Positions 44,887-59,264 of a stretch of DNA of 64,000 nt are shown in pieces. Within the stretch, counting starts at the first letter, position 1, and every line of letters begins with the position of its first letter. A program made the position numbers and the translations under genes. The stretch spans positions 159,402,001 to 159,466,000 of the forward strand of contig OZ024740.1 of NCBI GenBank assembly GCA_964016885.1, in the 5' to 3' direction. Under the pieces are notes generated by a model. It was given only the letters and a program-made list of their open reading frames with translations. It did no database searches and had not been told where the DNA came from. Source of the DNA: Eledone cirrhosa. Its lineage: Eukaryota.

Positions 44887-45015
44887 CACACACGCACACA
44901 GACACACACCCATATACACACACACATATATATATACACACACACACACACACACGCACACACACACACACATATATACACACACACAGACACACGCACA
45001 CACACACACACACAC

Positions 45016-45102
<87 letters not shown>

Positions 45103-45389
45103 CATATCGAATAAGGAAAAGCGAAGTAATTTCAGATGTTAAAGTACTTTAATAATAATGCTGTGATACATATTTCAGTGGCCACAGTGGCTACACTGTT
45201 CCGTGCGCCAGTGACGCGACATCGTCAGACAGCTTGTTACATAATAAGGTTATGTTTCTGAGGCAATCCAAATTGAATCGACATGGGAACGGACGAAGTG
45301 TGTGCTCTTGGGTTCTTCGTCTGTTTCTCTGTGAGTACATACATATATAGGTAAAGTAAATAATGGTTCCTATTTATACACAAAGCCAG

Positions 45390-45960
45390 GGCAGCGGATT
45401 GGAAGTATCGGCAGAGCATCGGACACCAATCTTTGCAGCATAGAGTTACGACTCTTTACGGTCTAAGTTGAAATACCGCTGAGGTTAACTTTGCCTTTCA
45501 TTCTTAATGGGTCGATAAAATAAAGCACCAGTAACGTACTAGGGTCGATTTAATCTACTTTCCCCTCGCGCCAAATTACTGGCCTTGTGTTTATACTAGA
45601 AATCATTTATACACAAAGACAGCATTTTATGGGAGAACGAGAAAGCCCATTACATAGACTCCAATATTTGATACGTTATTATATCGACCAAGTAGTTGAC
45701 TGATACATTATTTAATTAACCCAGAAAGAATGAAAGGAAAAGTTTAGCTTCGTTGAATTTGAAGTCAGAACGTAAAGAGTCGTAACTAAATTATTCAAGG
45801 CATTTGTCAGACGGTCAAACGATTCTGCTAACTAATTGTTCCTAACACAGGTACAAGACCAGAAATTTGAGGGAGAGATGAGTCGATTATATTTATTCCA
45901 GGACTTGGCTGATATTTTATTATATCGAACCCTGAAACACGAAAGGCAAAATTTGTCTCA
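45390..45960. mobile_element. Family A SINE cluster: plus-strand copy at 45390-45605 and diverged minus-strand copies at 45690-45960
   Basis: Consensus motifs are present in both orientations. Confidence 0.78.
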
Positions 45961-46100
45961 GCCACAACAAATACTATAAGGTAACACAGTAACAAATACG
46001 TTAAAATAAACCCTTTAGATCCCAAATTCAAATGTAAATCATTATCATCACATGAAACACATTCATATGTAATCATTTTAAATCCTCCAACATTCAATTT

Positions 46101-46147
<47 letters not shown>

Positions 46148-46320
46148 ATTAAGATAAATCAAAATGAATTTAATCTAAATCAAAATTATGGGTGTCATGC
46201 CAGAAAGGCATGCGCCATATCACCCGTAAAATAAGGTCTAAGATCTGTGCTTGCACACTTGTAAAAATTATCCCCTCTGATTGTTTCATATGTTTATTTA
46301 TGTTAATCAATTTCTAGTTG

Positions 46321-46375
<55 letters not shown>

Positions 46376-47659
46376 CCTGTGTGTCTGTGTGTCTGGGTGT
46401 GTATGTGTGTCGGACTAGACACGGAACTTGGATTTCCGAAGTGCCTGTCCGTGATTCAGAGCGCACACATTTAGTTATTAGTGGTAAGTTCGGGATTACG
46501 TGTGGATTTTACTTTTTCTTCACATTTCTCTTTCCATACCTCCCTTCTGTCTCTACCTACAAACACTTCTTCCTAAGACGAATCCACAATATACACACTT
46601 TGACATACATACCTACATCAGCATACATCCTACATACATTTCTATCCACATATAAACACAATGACATACGTAAACACACATGTTCTATGGTGCAACACAA
46701 ATATACACAAATTCGCATACATTTTGATGTTTATAGATATACACGTGCCGACACGCACACATACACATACGCACACATGTATTGCACATATCAGTGTATA
46801 CATATTTGTACACAAGTATCCCATACAGCAGAGCCTAATGTATTCCACTTGCAGTACGTACAATCTGGACTCACATATCGTTTGTGCAAATGACTGGAAA
46901 TATCGAATAATGTACGCCATTTTTACCAGTACCACAAAAATACTGGTCCACACACACACACACACACACACACACTTCTCCGTATAAGACAAGAGCGGAA
47001 AAATATGTTTCAACATGTTAAAATACCCCCCCCACACACACACACACACACGTACACACACATTCCTACTGACCGATTCATTTCCATTATTACAACAATG
47101 AACCACTTTACTACACACACACACACACACACATATTTGTCTTAATAGACACCTGAACTGTTGACCTCTCAACATGACTGCAACTCAATCAAGCGGAAAA
47201 GGACACTCTTCGACAAACCTACATTTGGCGCGAAACCAGCTCTCGCTAAAATCAATTTAAACATTCACGTGACTTCTACCGACCAATCAAAATTGTTTTG
47301 ACTACAAGAATTTTTGCAACACGAATTGGCGCGAAATTTATAGTACTTATTCACGTGACATTCAACAACCAACCAAATCTTAATACCTCCCAAGCCACTT
47401 TTTTCACACAAAACAGGAAGAATTTCCAAAACTGATCAGATTAGAGCAAAAATCACGAGCACTCTATCTCAAAATTATTTTTGAAAAGCATAAGAAATGC
47501 GCAACCGGTAAAAACTTAGAACTAAAAATGAATACTAATACTTATTACTAATTTATACTTAATCCTAATTAAACTATTTTTCACTGGGAAAAATTGTCAG
47601 CATTTTCTTTTCCTTTTTACTAATATATCACAACTCGTGTGTCACACCTCTATTTTTTG

Positions 47660-48180
47660 TTAGTATATATATATAGTTTAATAAATGAACAGAGAACAAA
47701 AGACACAGAGGCAGTACAAATGATGTGGTTTATAGTTTCACGCTTGATAGTGGGGGGGCGACGTTTCGGGCATAAGCCCTTCATCAGGAGAACAGTGGGT
47801 AGGAAGAGAGATCCGAGGGTGTGTGGGGGTGGGGTGGAAAGACATTTAAAAAAATGGGAGGGGAGAAAGAGGAGGGAAAACAATTTTTTAGAGAGTAAAG
47901 GAAATTTGTTAAATGTACAAATAAAAATAAAAATAAAAATAAAAATAAAAATAAAAATAAAAATAAAAATAAAAATAAAAATAATCAAAGGGTGAAAGGG
48001 TGTGAGGCGTGTAGGGGTGGTGGTGGGTGGAGAGGGGAGAGGGGGTTGGCGAGGGGAGAGCGAGGCGGATGGTCCGAGCGGGGAGGGCTGAAGGTGGTGT
48101 TTGTGTATAGGTGTAGGTGTACCTGTGTGTACTTTTGTGTGTGTGTGTGTGTGTGTGTGAATGTGAGAGTTGGGGGAAGA
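47660..48180 (-). mobile_element. Penelope 3' UTR/terminal repeat with minimal hammerhead (47757-47790)
   Basis: Reverse complement reads CTGATGA-AGGGC ttat GCCC-GAAAC-GTC with a poor stem I. The segment ends in (TA)n and includes (TAAAAA)n at 47921-47983. Confidence 0.7.
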
Positions 48181-49799
48181 ACGACGTTCCATGTTCAGGT
48201 AAAAGGGAAACCGGTGTGTACATGGGGTGATATATATATATATATACTGTAGTATTTGACTAAATTACTAGATTAGGTTTTAAACCCTTTACTCCATGCT
48301 TTATCTTTCTATCAACACCCCATACTTTAATAAAATCAATGAATCTGTTTTAAACTTACTGGTTTCAAACTAAACAACTTGAATAATTATCTAATGAAAT
48401 GTTAATAGCCTAACTTCTCAAGACTAACTGCCGATAATAATATGCATTGTGTACCAGTATATCGATGTGTTTATTTGACTGAGCATACCTTTTTTATAAA
48501 GTCTGTCTCACATTCTCTTTCTCTCTTTATCTAACTATCTATTTGTCTGTCTATCCATCTATCTATTTCTCTACCCTTCCTTCTCAATCTTATTACTTTA
48601 CCAGACCTATCAACTCTCCCCGTTGGACGGGAAGATCTCCCACCCACTTTGGGTTGGGTGAGAGATGTCTTCTCTTGTGGGTATAGCTTTCATTGTGTAA
48701 AATCTCCCAATTTGTCTCATTTCTCTCCGTTTTGAGGCACTTTTATTTCAAGATTTTCACCGTTTGTTTTTTTTAGAAGTTGGCAGGTCTGCTTTACTAG
48801 CAAATCCTTTCTTCCTGTTCCTCACAGGCGCTCTGTTCTGTGGAGCGAGATAAAAAAAGATGCATAATAGAATACGATTTTCATAACCAGAGAGAGAAAG
48901 GAGGAAGAAAAATAGTGTCGTCTCAAATACCATGCATTTTGTAAGGCATGGTATATTTGAGAAAGAATGAGAGAGAAATTTTATCCTTATTCTTTGGAAT
49001 ATGTCATACATATAAATATCTAATATATATGTGAATCACTGTCAATTTTAATGACGAGGCTCACTAAAGCTCTATAATTTTGACATAGCCGATATTATAA
49101 TTCAGACAATTGACATATCCCCAACAGTTTTCTTTAAAACGCACCTTCTAGTTACTTGCGCATACTAGAATATTTCTACAATTTATCGTCTCTTAAATTA
49201 TATATCAATGTATATTTCTGTGCAATCATCTCATATAATTTGATGGTGTTCTATATCATTTAATTTATTTCATTTTATATTGTTTTCTGTAATCAACTTT
49301 TATAATTGGAATAGTCTTCTCTGGTGATATAGTAAACGATTTCGATTCTCACCTCTCTTACCAATCGGCCCCACCTCCTGTCATACATTATTTCCTCCCA
49401 TTACACACATAAATATTTGCTGTTTTATACGATTTACTTATATAAATGGTTCTTATGAGATTTTTGACACCTTTCAATTGAAATCACGAAAATCTTAAAC
49501 TTGAACTGTATTATCAACTTAATATAAATAATTTCTTCATTTAGTTTGCTCTGCATCTAACGTTGAGATCTTTATAACTATGAGTGTATATATATGTCCT
49601 GGCATTGAAATCAACATTGAACGGTTTGACACTCATATGCCGCACTAACCTCTATTGTCACTTTGCAACACACTTATCTCCTTTTACTCTAATTCTCCTC
49701 GCACAACAGCCATATCATTACATACAGGCCGTGTTGTCAAACCTTTCCTTGCTTTCGTCTTTTTCCTCTTTTCCTACATTTTCTCTTCCTCTTTCTACC

Positions 49800-49935
49800 A
49801 CACGATGAAAGGTGTAGCCCGAAACGTTAAGTACTGACTTTTCACATCTGAACGGTAAACTAATATTCTCAATTGTTACCGTATTCCGTCTTCTTTACGT
49901 TTTTGCTGTTTCCATCTCTCCGCCCACTAGGAATA
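49800..49935 (+). mobile_element. Degenerate Penelope terminal repeat with damaged hammerhead
   Basis: acGATGAaagg tgtagc CC-GAAAC-GTT-AAG followed by a pyrimidine-rich tail ending at (CA)n. Confidence 0.5.
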
Positions 49936-49939
49936 GCAC

Positions 49940-50056
<117 letters not shown>

Positions 50057-50185
50057 CACACACACACACAAACACACACACACATTATTGGCTTATTCAC
50101 TTCATCTGAAACATTTGTAAGGGATTAAAAACAATTATCTGATGAAAGAATATTGAGTTTCCTTTAATACATTTATATATATATA

Positions 50186-50274
<89 letters not shown>

Positions 50275-50356
50275 CATACATATATATATATGTGTGTGTG
50301 TGTATGTGTTTGTATGTACACATATGTACACATATAGACATGTGTATATATATGTG

Positions 50357-50405
<49 letters not shown>

Positions 50406-50411
50406 CTGTGT

Positions 50412-50445
<34 letters not shown>

Positions 50446-51067
50446 TCTGTGTGTATATATCTGTGTGTGTGTAAAAGTTTTCATCTGTTAGAATTAAAAT
50501 TGTTTCTGCGCATGGAAATTCCATCACTCAGTAGTAAGCTTAAGTAAGTTATGTTGACGTGGGAGACCGCCAATTGTCTTTTCTTCACACTACCAATGTT
50601 GTCTGAGGGGAAAGCAATGGCCGATACATATTTGTAGTAGAGTTACTGAAGGCCAGCGCAGAACGAAAAAGCTGGAGTATGCCAAACACGCTAACAACTA
50701 CTCGAATCCACCGCCATGTACTGGGACTTTATTGACCCTAGGAGGCAAAGGTGACTTCGGTAGATATCATGGTTATATATGCAAATTGTCGAATTTGTAC
50801 TGCACATCGAAATACTTAAGTTTTGATCAATTTCGAAGCCACATTGAGTCACTCCCTCTATACCTGGAAAGTTGCTGCAGCTTCAGTGACACAAACACAC
50901 TCACACACTCCCCCCCCCCACACACACACATAACAAATGTAATCTGCGTTTTTCGAATATTAATATTAACATTTGATTCGTTTGCAGTTATGCAAACAGG
51001 CCTCAATTTTATAGCCATGTCAGTAAAGTGAACACTTCATTCTTGCTCTTGTGTTGGCATTCGAACA

Positions 51068-51117
51068 GAACTGCAGACACTGATGTTTCTGGGTATCGCC
51101 CTTCATCAGTACAGCTC
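51068..51117 (-). ncRNA. Type I hammerhead ribozyme
   Basis: Reverse complement reads GAGCTGTA-CTGATGA-a GGG cgata CCC a-GAAACA tcag TGTC-TGCAGTTC. Stem I is 8 bp and the triplet is GUC. Confidence 0.78.
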
Positions 51118-51182
51118 ACTGTTCACATGCCAAACTGCCAGAGCTAGTGAAAATATATGCTATTTTCAAAAATACACAGTGA

Positions 51183-51281
51183 CTGATCGACCTGATTTGC
51201 ATATTAGCAGACTGGCTGATCAGTCAGATCTGCATATTAGCAGATCCACTGATCAGCCAGATTTGCATATCAGCAGACTGG
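51183..51281. repeat. 3 x 33-bp tandem repeat
   Basis: CTGATCAGCCAGATTTGCATATTAGCAGACTGG-like units start at 51183, 51216 and 51249. Confidence 0.88.
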
Positions 51282-51379
51282 CCAGTGAGTTTCCTGTATA
51301 CGAGCGATAAATGTTATTATTAATATTCGAAAAACTCAGATTACATTTATTGTATTCAGCCATGTAGGGCGAAATTTCC

Positions 51380-51416
<37 letters not shown>

Positions 51417-53129
51417 CACACACGCTAGATACCCTCGTCAGGGCCATAACATATTTCAGCCCTTACCACTTCCGCGCCCTTCCCATAAAATTCAAATGAG
51501 TTACTCGTTAAGTTAATCATACACTCGTCACACCCAAGACGCCATCAGGTTCAACAACTCTAACTGAACAAAACAAAAATACTAAAAATAAAGATTTATC
51601 TAGACATGTCAGATACATAGATTCTTTCTGCAGTAAGATTGAAATTTCACAGTCTTTGTTATTAGCTGAAAAACTACCCCCAAATGCCGAGAAACATAAA
51701 TATTCCAGAGCATTAATACGACAGCTTAACAAACAGTATCTCTCCTACTAAGCTCAGAGAATCATAGAAAAAGACAGACACCCACAAATAGCTGCAACCT
51801 CAATAGCTTCGCTGGCTTCAAATACGTGGAGGGACAGTATCTTTCATATTATGATGAAGTTCAGAATGCATTTGCTGTGGTCATCACTGGTATTTACTGG
51901 CTTATAAGAATGGTGAAGGTAGTGTAATATGTTGTCCTACATCCAATAAGACTCACAACTGATTATCGGAGGAGGCAGTGCATGCAACATGTCCAGGCAG
52001 TTATATAGCACCCGGTTAGATTCATCGCTACATGTCTGAATATGGCGTGTACAGGAATAGACAGTAGAGAGAGTAATATATATCGAGACTGTTACATTCC
52101 GTCCCGCGTGACTTATCACTGCGTGTAGTGCGTAATGTCGTCCTCAGCTGGGATAATTTGGAGGATGGATCTTTAGGGTCATGCCACGCCGTTCGATCAA
52201 CTATCTGCGTGCCCATAGGATTACTCGTTTAGGGGTGACTTTTGGTTACACAACAGCAGTAACAACAATGCTAACTACAAACCAAGGAGATTGATTGGTG
52301 GGGGTAGAGAAAGAGTTGGATTTAGACCTTGGGGGGGGGGGGGGGCCCTCATACACGAAAAATTAGAATACACAGCAAACTTCCCAATTTCACATATCAA
52401 AGTTAGCTTGGTATATGTAATTGGAATTGAAAAGTTATACATACAAGTATTAAATTCAAAATTTCTAACCATCCTAAAACTAAAAAGTTCGGCTGAGGGC
52501 ACAAATAAATTACCACGGCCGTCGGTGATGCCCCCCCCCTACTGCAGGGGGGAAATGGGGCAATTACCCTTTGCCCTCCATTAAATCCGAACCTGAGTAG
52601 GAAGCATCGATATGATCCTTCGACCTCCGAGAATTAGAAATTTACATAGACGGTCATGTGAAATTTCATGTTTTCCTAATATGAACAATTATCAAATCAG
52701 TTCTTGAAATCATTTATTGAGCTCGATTCAGCAAGCACTTTCAGACAATCAATTCAAGTTCTCATAGATCAATATAAGAATAAGGAATTTTACCTTGGTG
52801 GCTTGTTGAACTCTTTCTAAATAATTTACAAAATTACATTCTTGTTAATGACAGGTGGAATTCTAAGATATGTTTCAAAGTCGAGCGTTTCATTATTATT
52901 TCACGAGAAACATTATATTAGTCATCTTGTGGGTGTAGAATATTGAAGACAAATGGAGCGCTGCAAGTCTAACCTCATACAGCCGCTCATTTTAAAGCTG
53001 CAATTAAGTTAGTGGCTTTCTTGTGTGTATTTCAGCAAGAATCTAAAAGCTTCGATAAAGTTTGTTTCCCAAAAGATGTTAGTGTATATTGTTGTTGATG
53101 GTGGTGAGGATGTTGTAGATACAGCACCA

Positions 53130-53420
53130 CCGAATGGTTATGGAGTTCGCTTTGCAACCATTAAGTCTTGAGTTCGATTTCCATAGCCACGAGTCGACGC
53201 CTGCCCTATGAAACTGGGTAGATGATTGGAATCCCTTTGCATGAACTGTTCCTGTAATTTAAAGGGCCAGTCATATCACACCTTGTCATTCTGAATCTCC
53301 CTCAATCTTATGTTAAGTGTACACGTGTTTGTGGAATACTCAGCCATTTATTTGTAAATTTCATGAGCAGGCTGTTTCTCTGTTGGAATAACTGGAACAC
53401 TCATTGTCAAAAATGACGGG
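53130..53420 (+). mobile_element. tRNA-SINE family B, diverged
   Basis: GAGTTCGATT...CTGAATCTCCCT...TACACGTG...CTCAGCCA...AGCAGGCTGTT. Confidence 0.75.
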
Positions 53421-53509
53421 GTGGGGCTGGGGTTTCTTTCGATTGTTGTTGTTGTTAAGTCATTTTCCTGATAGTTGAAACTCAGGATGAAGCTGACGCT
53501 GTTTATAAT

Positions 53510-53906
53510 AATTGTTTCTACTTTTAGCACAAGGCCACCAATTACCCAGTGCATTACTGGTACTTTATTTTATCGACAATAATGATTTCTACTTTAGGCA
53601 CTAGGCCAGCAATTTTGGGGGGAGGCGAAAGTCGATTACATCGACCCCAGTGTGTTACTGGTACTTTATTTTATAGACCCCTGTAAAGATAAAAGGCAAA
53701 GCTAAACGGAATTTGAACTTAGAACATAAAGGGCCTTAACTCTATGCTGCAAAGCATGGTGTCTGACGCTCTACCGATACTGCCAATCCACCGCCCTAAT
53801 AATGATAATAAAAATACTTTTACCACAAGGCCAACAATTACTCCAGTGTATTACTGGTACTTTATTTTATCGACCCCGTAAGGATGAAAGGCAAAGTTAA
53901 CCTCGA
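53510..53906 (-). mobile_element. Three tandem family A SINE copies (one full, two partial)
   Basis: Copies span 53510-53578, 53582-53797 and 53815-53906. Confidence 0.87.
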
Positions 53907-53939
53907 TAAAAATAATAATAATTATAATCGATGAAAATC

Positions 53940-54079
53940 ACGACGACGACGACGACAACGAGGATGATGATGATGATGATGATGTTGATGATGATGATGA
54001 TGATTATGATGATGGTGATGGTGATGGTGATGATGATGATGATGATGATGATGGCGACGACGACGACGACGACGACAAC

Positions 54080-54113
<34 letters not shown>

Positions 54114-54133
54114 GCGACGACGACGACGATAAC

Positions 54134-54179
<46 letters not shown>

Positions 54180-54225
54180 GCGACGACGACGACGACGACA
54201 ACGATGATGATGATGATGGTGGAAG
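53940..54225. repeat. (GAT/GAC)n compound trinucleotide repeat
   Basis: Alternating (GAC)n and (GAT)n blocks. Confidence 0.95.
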
Positions 54226-54931
54226 TGCAGATGGTGCGGAAGATTTTGATATTGCTGCTGATGATGATACTGACGATTATGACATTTAACGATGATGATA
54301 CTGAAGATATTGATTAAAACTGAAGTAAAATTCTGAAACCTAGTATTTTAAGTAATGTTAATCTTCAAACATTAATCCTGCCTTAGCTGTCGGATAAATG
54401 TGACAATTGAGAGGACTGGAATTATTGTTTGCAGGGAATAGAATAAATCAAACGTTTCTTATTGTTGTTGTAGTTGTTGTTATTGTGTTTGTTGCAGTTG
54501 TGTTTGTTGTTGTGGTTGTGGTTGTGTTTGTTGTTACAGCTGTGGTGGTTGTAAATGTAGCAGCGGTACTTGTGACTGTTACGGTAGAAGTCGTATAGTG
54601 TTTGTGGTTGTGCTGTTTGTTAATATAGTTGTTGTTGCAATGGCTGCTGTTAGTTTAGAAGTAGTAAATGATGTTGTTGCGATTGTTATTGTAGTTGTGA
54701 TTGTTAATATTTTCATAATATTTTCGTAAGTTTTATTCTTGTTGCAGTTGCTTTATTTTTTCATTTAAAGAGTATTATAATTTTTGTTTATCATATAACC
54801 GAATGTATTTGTAAATATGTGTGTGTGTGTGTGTGTGTGCGCATGCATATTCTTATGCGTCTATGCGTATACACACGTACACACAGATACAACCATATAT
54901 ATATATTCTTACACAAACACACACACACAAA

Positions 54932-54986
<55 letters not shown>

Positions 54987-55546
54987 GTACATATATATAT
55001 ATATTCACACACACACACAAATATATACATATATATATATACACATATACATATATATGTATATATAGTTACTTATTTACGGTAACATTTTGACTAACTG
55101 GGTTGTGTATGCAACGCACCAATCAATGAATAATGATGCATTTCGGCTAAGCACTCAACGTCATGTATTTTCTTCCAAATATGACTTGTAATCAAAATTG
55201 TAATGAACCAGTATGATAAGTAAAAGCTATTTTGTTTTGTAAACATAGCTAGTAGAGATTTAACAGAAAATAATTTAAAGCATATTTGTTAATTTATAGT
55301 TTATAGTGTCTTTACTAGTGGACAGATAATTGTAAGAATCTGCAAAGAGATAAATGTGTAATGTGACGCAGCTATAATGCTGTTTTGAATTTTTCAAGAA
55401 TGTGATTTCATGTGATACATGATGTCAAGAGTTAACGACTTACATGTGAATTATAACAAATCATTGAAATCTTTGACATAGAGGAGAAACGATTATATTG
55501 TATATATCAGATATACAGTGATTTGACAGTATTATATTAATTGAAT

Positions 55547-55652
55547 CAAATCCCGCCGAGGTTGACTTTGCCTTTCATCCTTACGGGGTCGATAAAATAA
55601 AGTACCAGTAATGCACTGGATAATTGCTGGCCTTGTGCCTAAAGTAGAAACA
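55547..55652 (+). mobile_element. 5'-truncated family A SINE with perfect 16-bp TSD
   Basis: ATTATATTAATTGAAT at 55531-55546 and 55653-55668. Confidence 0.92.
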
Positions 55653-56094
55653 ATTATATTAATTGAATATGCATCTAGATAATGGTATAAGTATTTGGAA
55701 ACGACTTTGGACTAACAATTATACATAATAGATACACAGCAAAACAAGAAGCCCACACCACAACGTCAGTTGAACAGCCTCAGTTTTGTCCAATGGACTT
55801 ACTAGCATTACAAACAACCAGCAATGTCTATTATATCTAAAATAACTCTACAGTACAGGAATATTAAATGATTCGTAAAAAGATGGTGTGAGATGCCAAC
55901 ATATTTCTGATTCTAAAGCGTGAATGAAAAGAAATATATCATAAAATTAATGGTAAAAATAACATTTATGAGAAGTGTGCACCGCAGTTTTACCTAGGAT
56001 AAGACTGGAGAGGAAGATTTTGTAAATGTTTGTGAGCAAAAATGGTACAATTCCCGATATGAAAAAAGGACGATATAAAAGAAAAGAATAATAA

Positions 56095-56595
56095 TACGTT
56101 ATTACGTCGGTTTTCCAGATTTCTGAGGAATTTTCCAAATGATTTTGCAACGTTTTATCAATATGGAACTTCTAGAGGTTTTGTAAATTTCCTGTAGTGA
56201 TTTTTTTTTTCATGTAAAACGATGTCATGAACACCATATAATAAAACGGTTGTGAGTATTGGAAATAATGTCTTTCGATTTTCCCCTACTGGTTGTTTCA
56301 CAGCATAGTCAAGCTGACATACAATGCTCTTTTCTAGTTTAGTTCTAATAGCCATAAAGTTTACTCCATCCGTTTGAACATCTACGTGCAACTTGTTTGA
56401 TATGAGATTCTTTGCGAAGCAATGAACGTCAATATACTTTATAAAAGGTGTGACGATGTGAAAAAAATTGTGTAATATTTAGAGAAGGCTGCTTTCATGT
56501 ATGAAGAATATCTAAGCCACGGGGAATATTTGCTTAGCAACGCATAACGAAATCTGTGTGATCCCTTTGCATCATTTTTTGAAATCAATTTACTA
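56095..56595 (-). mobile_element. Degenerate hAT (Tip100/PRKRIR-ZMYM1-like) transposase N-terminal fragment
   Basis: Minus strand reads LLSKYSPWLRYSSYMKAAFSKYYTIF (TTF zinc-finger-like WL.YS...AFC..C), ENRKTLFPILTTVLLYGVHDIVLH (ENR..L..I..CG.Q..ALRGH-like) and LQNHLEN. Confidence 0.6.
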
Positions 56596-56920
56596 GAAAT
56601 GTGTAACACATTACAAGATTGCGCTTTTGATCATGTATTATTATTTTTATTATGAATTAACACATAGCTTCATATCATAACTACCAAAACGTAGAACATA
56701 CACATTGGCTATAGTCAGCTGTTAGATCAGACGAGGTTTCCTTGTTCTATAGGTTTATCTCAACCGCTCTTACTTTTTCTAGTCCCGTTGTTTGAAGTTA
56801 CATTTTTATTCAATGTTCTCTTATAAACTTTCTAATAACAGTCTCTGAAAAGAAAATATTTAAGAATTCATCTGGATTATCCAGCAAGCCTATAATGCAA
56901 TATCATAGCAACGTACAGTA

Positions 56921-57208
56921 ACAACTTGATCTAAAATCATAATATCCTAACATTAATATCATTATCATTTAATTCGACTTCAATGTTAAATTAATAAGGT
57001 ATTAAATCATAGTATCCTTACACTATTATCATAACATGCAAAAATAACAACTTCATCTGAAATAACAGCATCGTCACATTAATATCATTATTAACAATTT
57101 GATATTAAATCATTGTATCCTTACATTATTATCATTATCACTAAAATCACATGTAACAATAGCAACTTCATCTTCACTCACAGTATCGTGATACTAGTAT
57201 CATTATCA
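56921..57208. repeat. Degenerate ~47-bp minisatellite (about 5 units)
   Basis: AACAACTT.ATCT.AAATCA...TATCCT.ACATTA.TATCATTATC recurs. Confidence 0.65.
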
Positions 57209-57270
57209 GAAAAAATCAACGTCCTGCTCTTCATCCATTATCAGTATTATTGTTGTTCTTATTATTATTT

Positions 57271-57465
57271 GGGCAGTAGATAGGCAGAATCATTAAAGCT
57301 GTTTCCAAAATGATTTGCAATATTCGTTCTGTCTCATTCTGTGTTCAAATTCTGTCGAGGTTAGCTTTGCCTTTCATCCTTACAGAGTCGATAACATAAA
57401 TTACCAGTAATTCACTGGGGTTGATTTAATCGACTAACCTTTCCGCAACATTTCAGGTCTTATAA
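57271..57465 (+). mobile_element. tRNA-SINE family A, diverged
   Basis: GTTCAAATTCTGTCGAGGTTAGCTTTGCCTTTCATCCTTACAGAGTCGATAA. Confidence 0.78.
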
Positions 57466-58427
57466 CAACAAATGTATTAGCTAAACAACTGCAATGTAAA
57501 TATAAAACATTCAGAATATTGGACACTACTATCAATGCAATGGATCTAAAACAGATTGGAAAATAGTGTTTTGGTATAAATATCACAATAGTGTGTAACA
57601 ATATCTTAAATCCAAAACTCTTTTCCCACAGAAAAGTTGACATCCCTATTTTTGAACTAATGCTTAATATTTCTTGCTTTATAGTTTAAATTCTGAGGTA
57701 GGCAAAGGGATGAAACTCCCAAAGCTGTTTAGGGCCTTAATGATAAGGTTCCAACGCCTAAACCCTGTTGTACTAAGTAAGAAGGTTTGATCCAGAAGGC
57801 TAAATGTCCGCCACAACACACACACGCGCGCAAACTCAGGTAAACACACACATAGCGACACCCACACACACGTGTGTGTGCGTATATTTGTGTGTTTGTG
57901 TGTGTGTGTATATAATATATAATCAATGTTACATCTCTTTAACATTTGCAACTAAAGAACTCTGACAATGATTTACCATTGATGTTACCTTTGAAATAGC
58001 TTTCATGTTTATATAGTTTGTTTCGCAAATCAATGTTTAATAACACGGTGAATAAAATAACACGTCTAAGAAAAAAAAGTGGTCTTCATGATAATAATAA
58101 TGATTTTGATTATAAGAATGGTGATGATAACGATCCCCATTATAATGATAGTAAATATAATAATAGTGATAAAAACGATGATGGGTTTGATAATTATAAT
58201 GATGACGTTGGTGATCATGATTATTATGATAATAATGATGATAATGATGTTCACTATGTCAGTGAGGAAGTTAATGGTGATGGTGATAGCCTTAATGACG
58301 GCTATAAATTGAAAATAAAACCTAATTTACTATTTGTCTTTTATGTACAAACCCGAATATAATAAAATTTTTCAGAAATTTATGAAAGTAAATTCCAGTT
58401 CAAAATTACTGTCATGTTTCAATATAC

Positions 58428-59125
58428 ATTCTTCTTCTATACATCCATTACCAGTACCATGACGAAGCTTCTCCTCCAGCTCAACCCCGTATCATCTTTA
58501 AGAACATCATTCAGTGTGATGATTGGTCTCCCAACTTGTCTGTACACATCAGGTTTCCAGAAATGAACTCCGCCAGCAGGTTCATTGTACCGTTGCACCT
58601 GTCCGGTTGATGAGTGCCTCCTACGCCTTATGATGTCAAAAAAAGGCGAGGGTGTGAACAGTAGCGTGATTTATTTGCTACGTGTGTTTTTCAGGATATG
58701 TTCTGGACCTTTCTCAGCATTTGCGTGAATGTATCTTTAATTCTCTTTGTGTGTGTTTTGTTAATGCCCATGACTCATATCCGAAGAGGAGAATGGATTC
58801 AACCGTTGCTTTGAATAGTCTCAATTTAGTTGTTTTCTTGATCGGAGATACCCATACCTTTGATAGGGAGTTCACTATTCTGGTGTTCACATCGTGATTT
58901 GTGTTCATGAAATTGCCAATGTATACGGCATCATCTACTTCATCAATCTCCGAACAGTGAAGCACATGCATTTGTTTAATTGATGTTGCTTTGAGATGCA
59001 TGAACTTTGTTTTGTCAGCATTTTAGAAGACTCTAAAGCACTGCGTTACAGCCTCCACTCTGTGAAACTTGTCCTCAGCTTCTTTGCAAGTGTTTTCCAG
59101 AAGAGCTGTCATCTTCATAAGCCAT
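58428..59125 (-). mobile_element. RTE-clade LINE RT C-terminal fragment
   Basis: NADKTKFM, VDDAVYIG, KLRLFKATVESILLFGYESWALTK and RQVGRP, ending in a short (GAA)3. Confidence 0.82.
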
Positions 59126-59264
59126 TTCATGTATACATATAATATAATGAAATTATCGTGTAAAGTGCTCAGGTGCACTACAACACTATATATATAAAGT
59201 TTAATAAAGATATGGCTTCTACGGGGCTAGATCTGTTTCATTCAAATGGACTCATATATACACA

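Noticed and set aside
51183-51281. CRISPR-like periodic repeat
   Set aside because: The units are contiguous with no unique spacers, there are no cas genes, and the context is eukaryotic.
52310-52595. Possible MITE with GGATTTA/TAAATCC termini
   Set aside because: The TIR match is weak and no TSD was found.
58018-58362. Asp/Asn-rich ORF
   Set aside because: Degenerate (GAT/AAT)n low-complexity tract.
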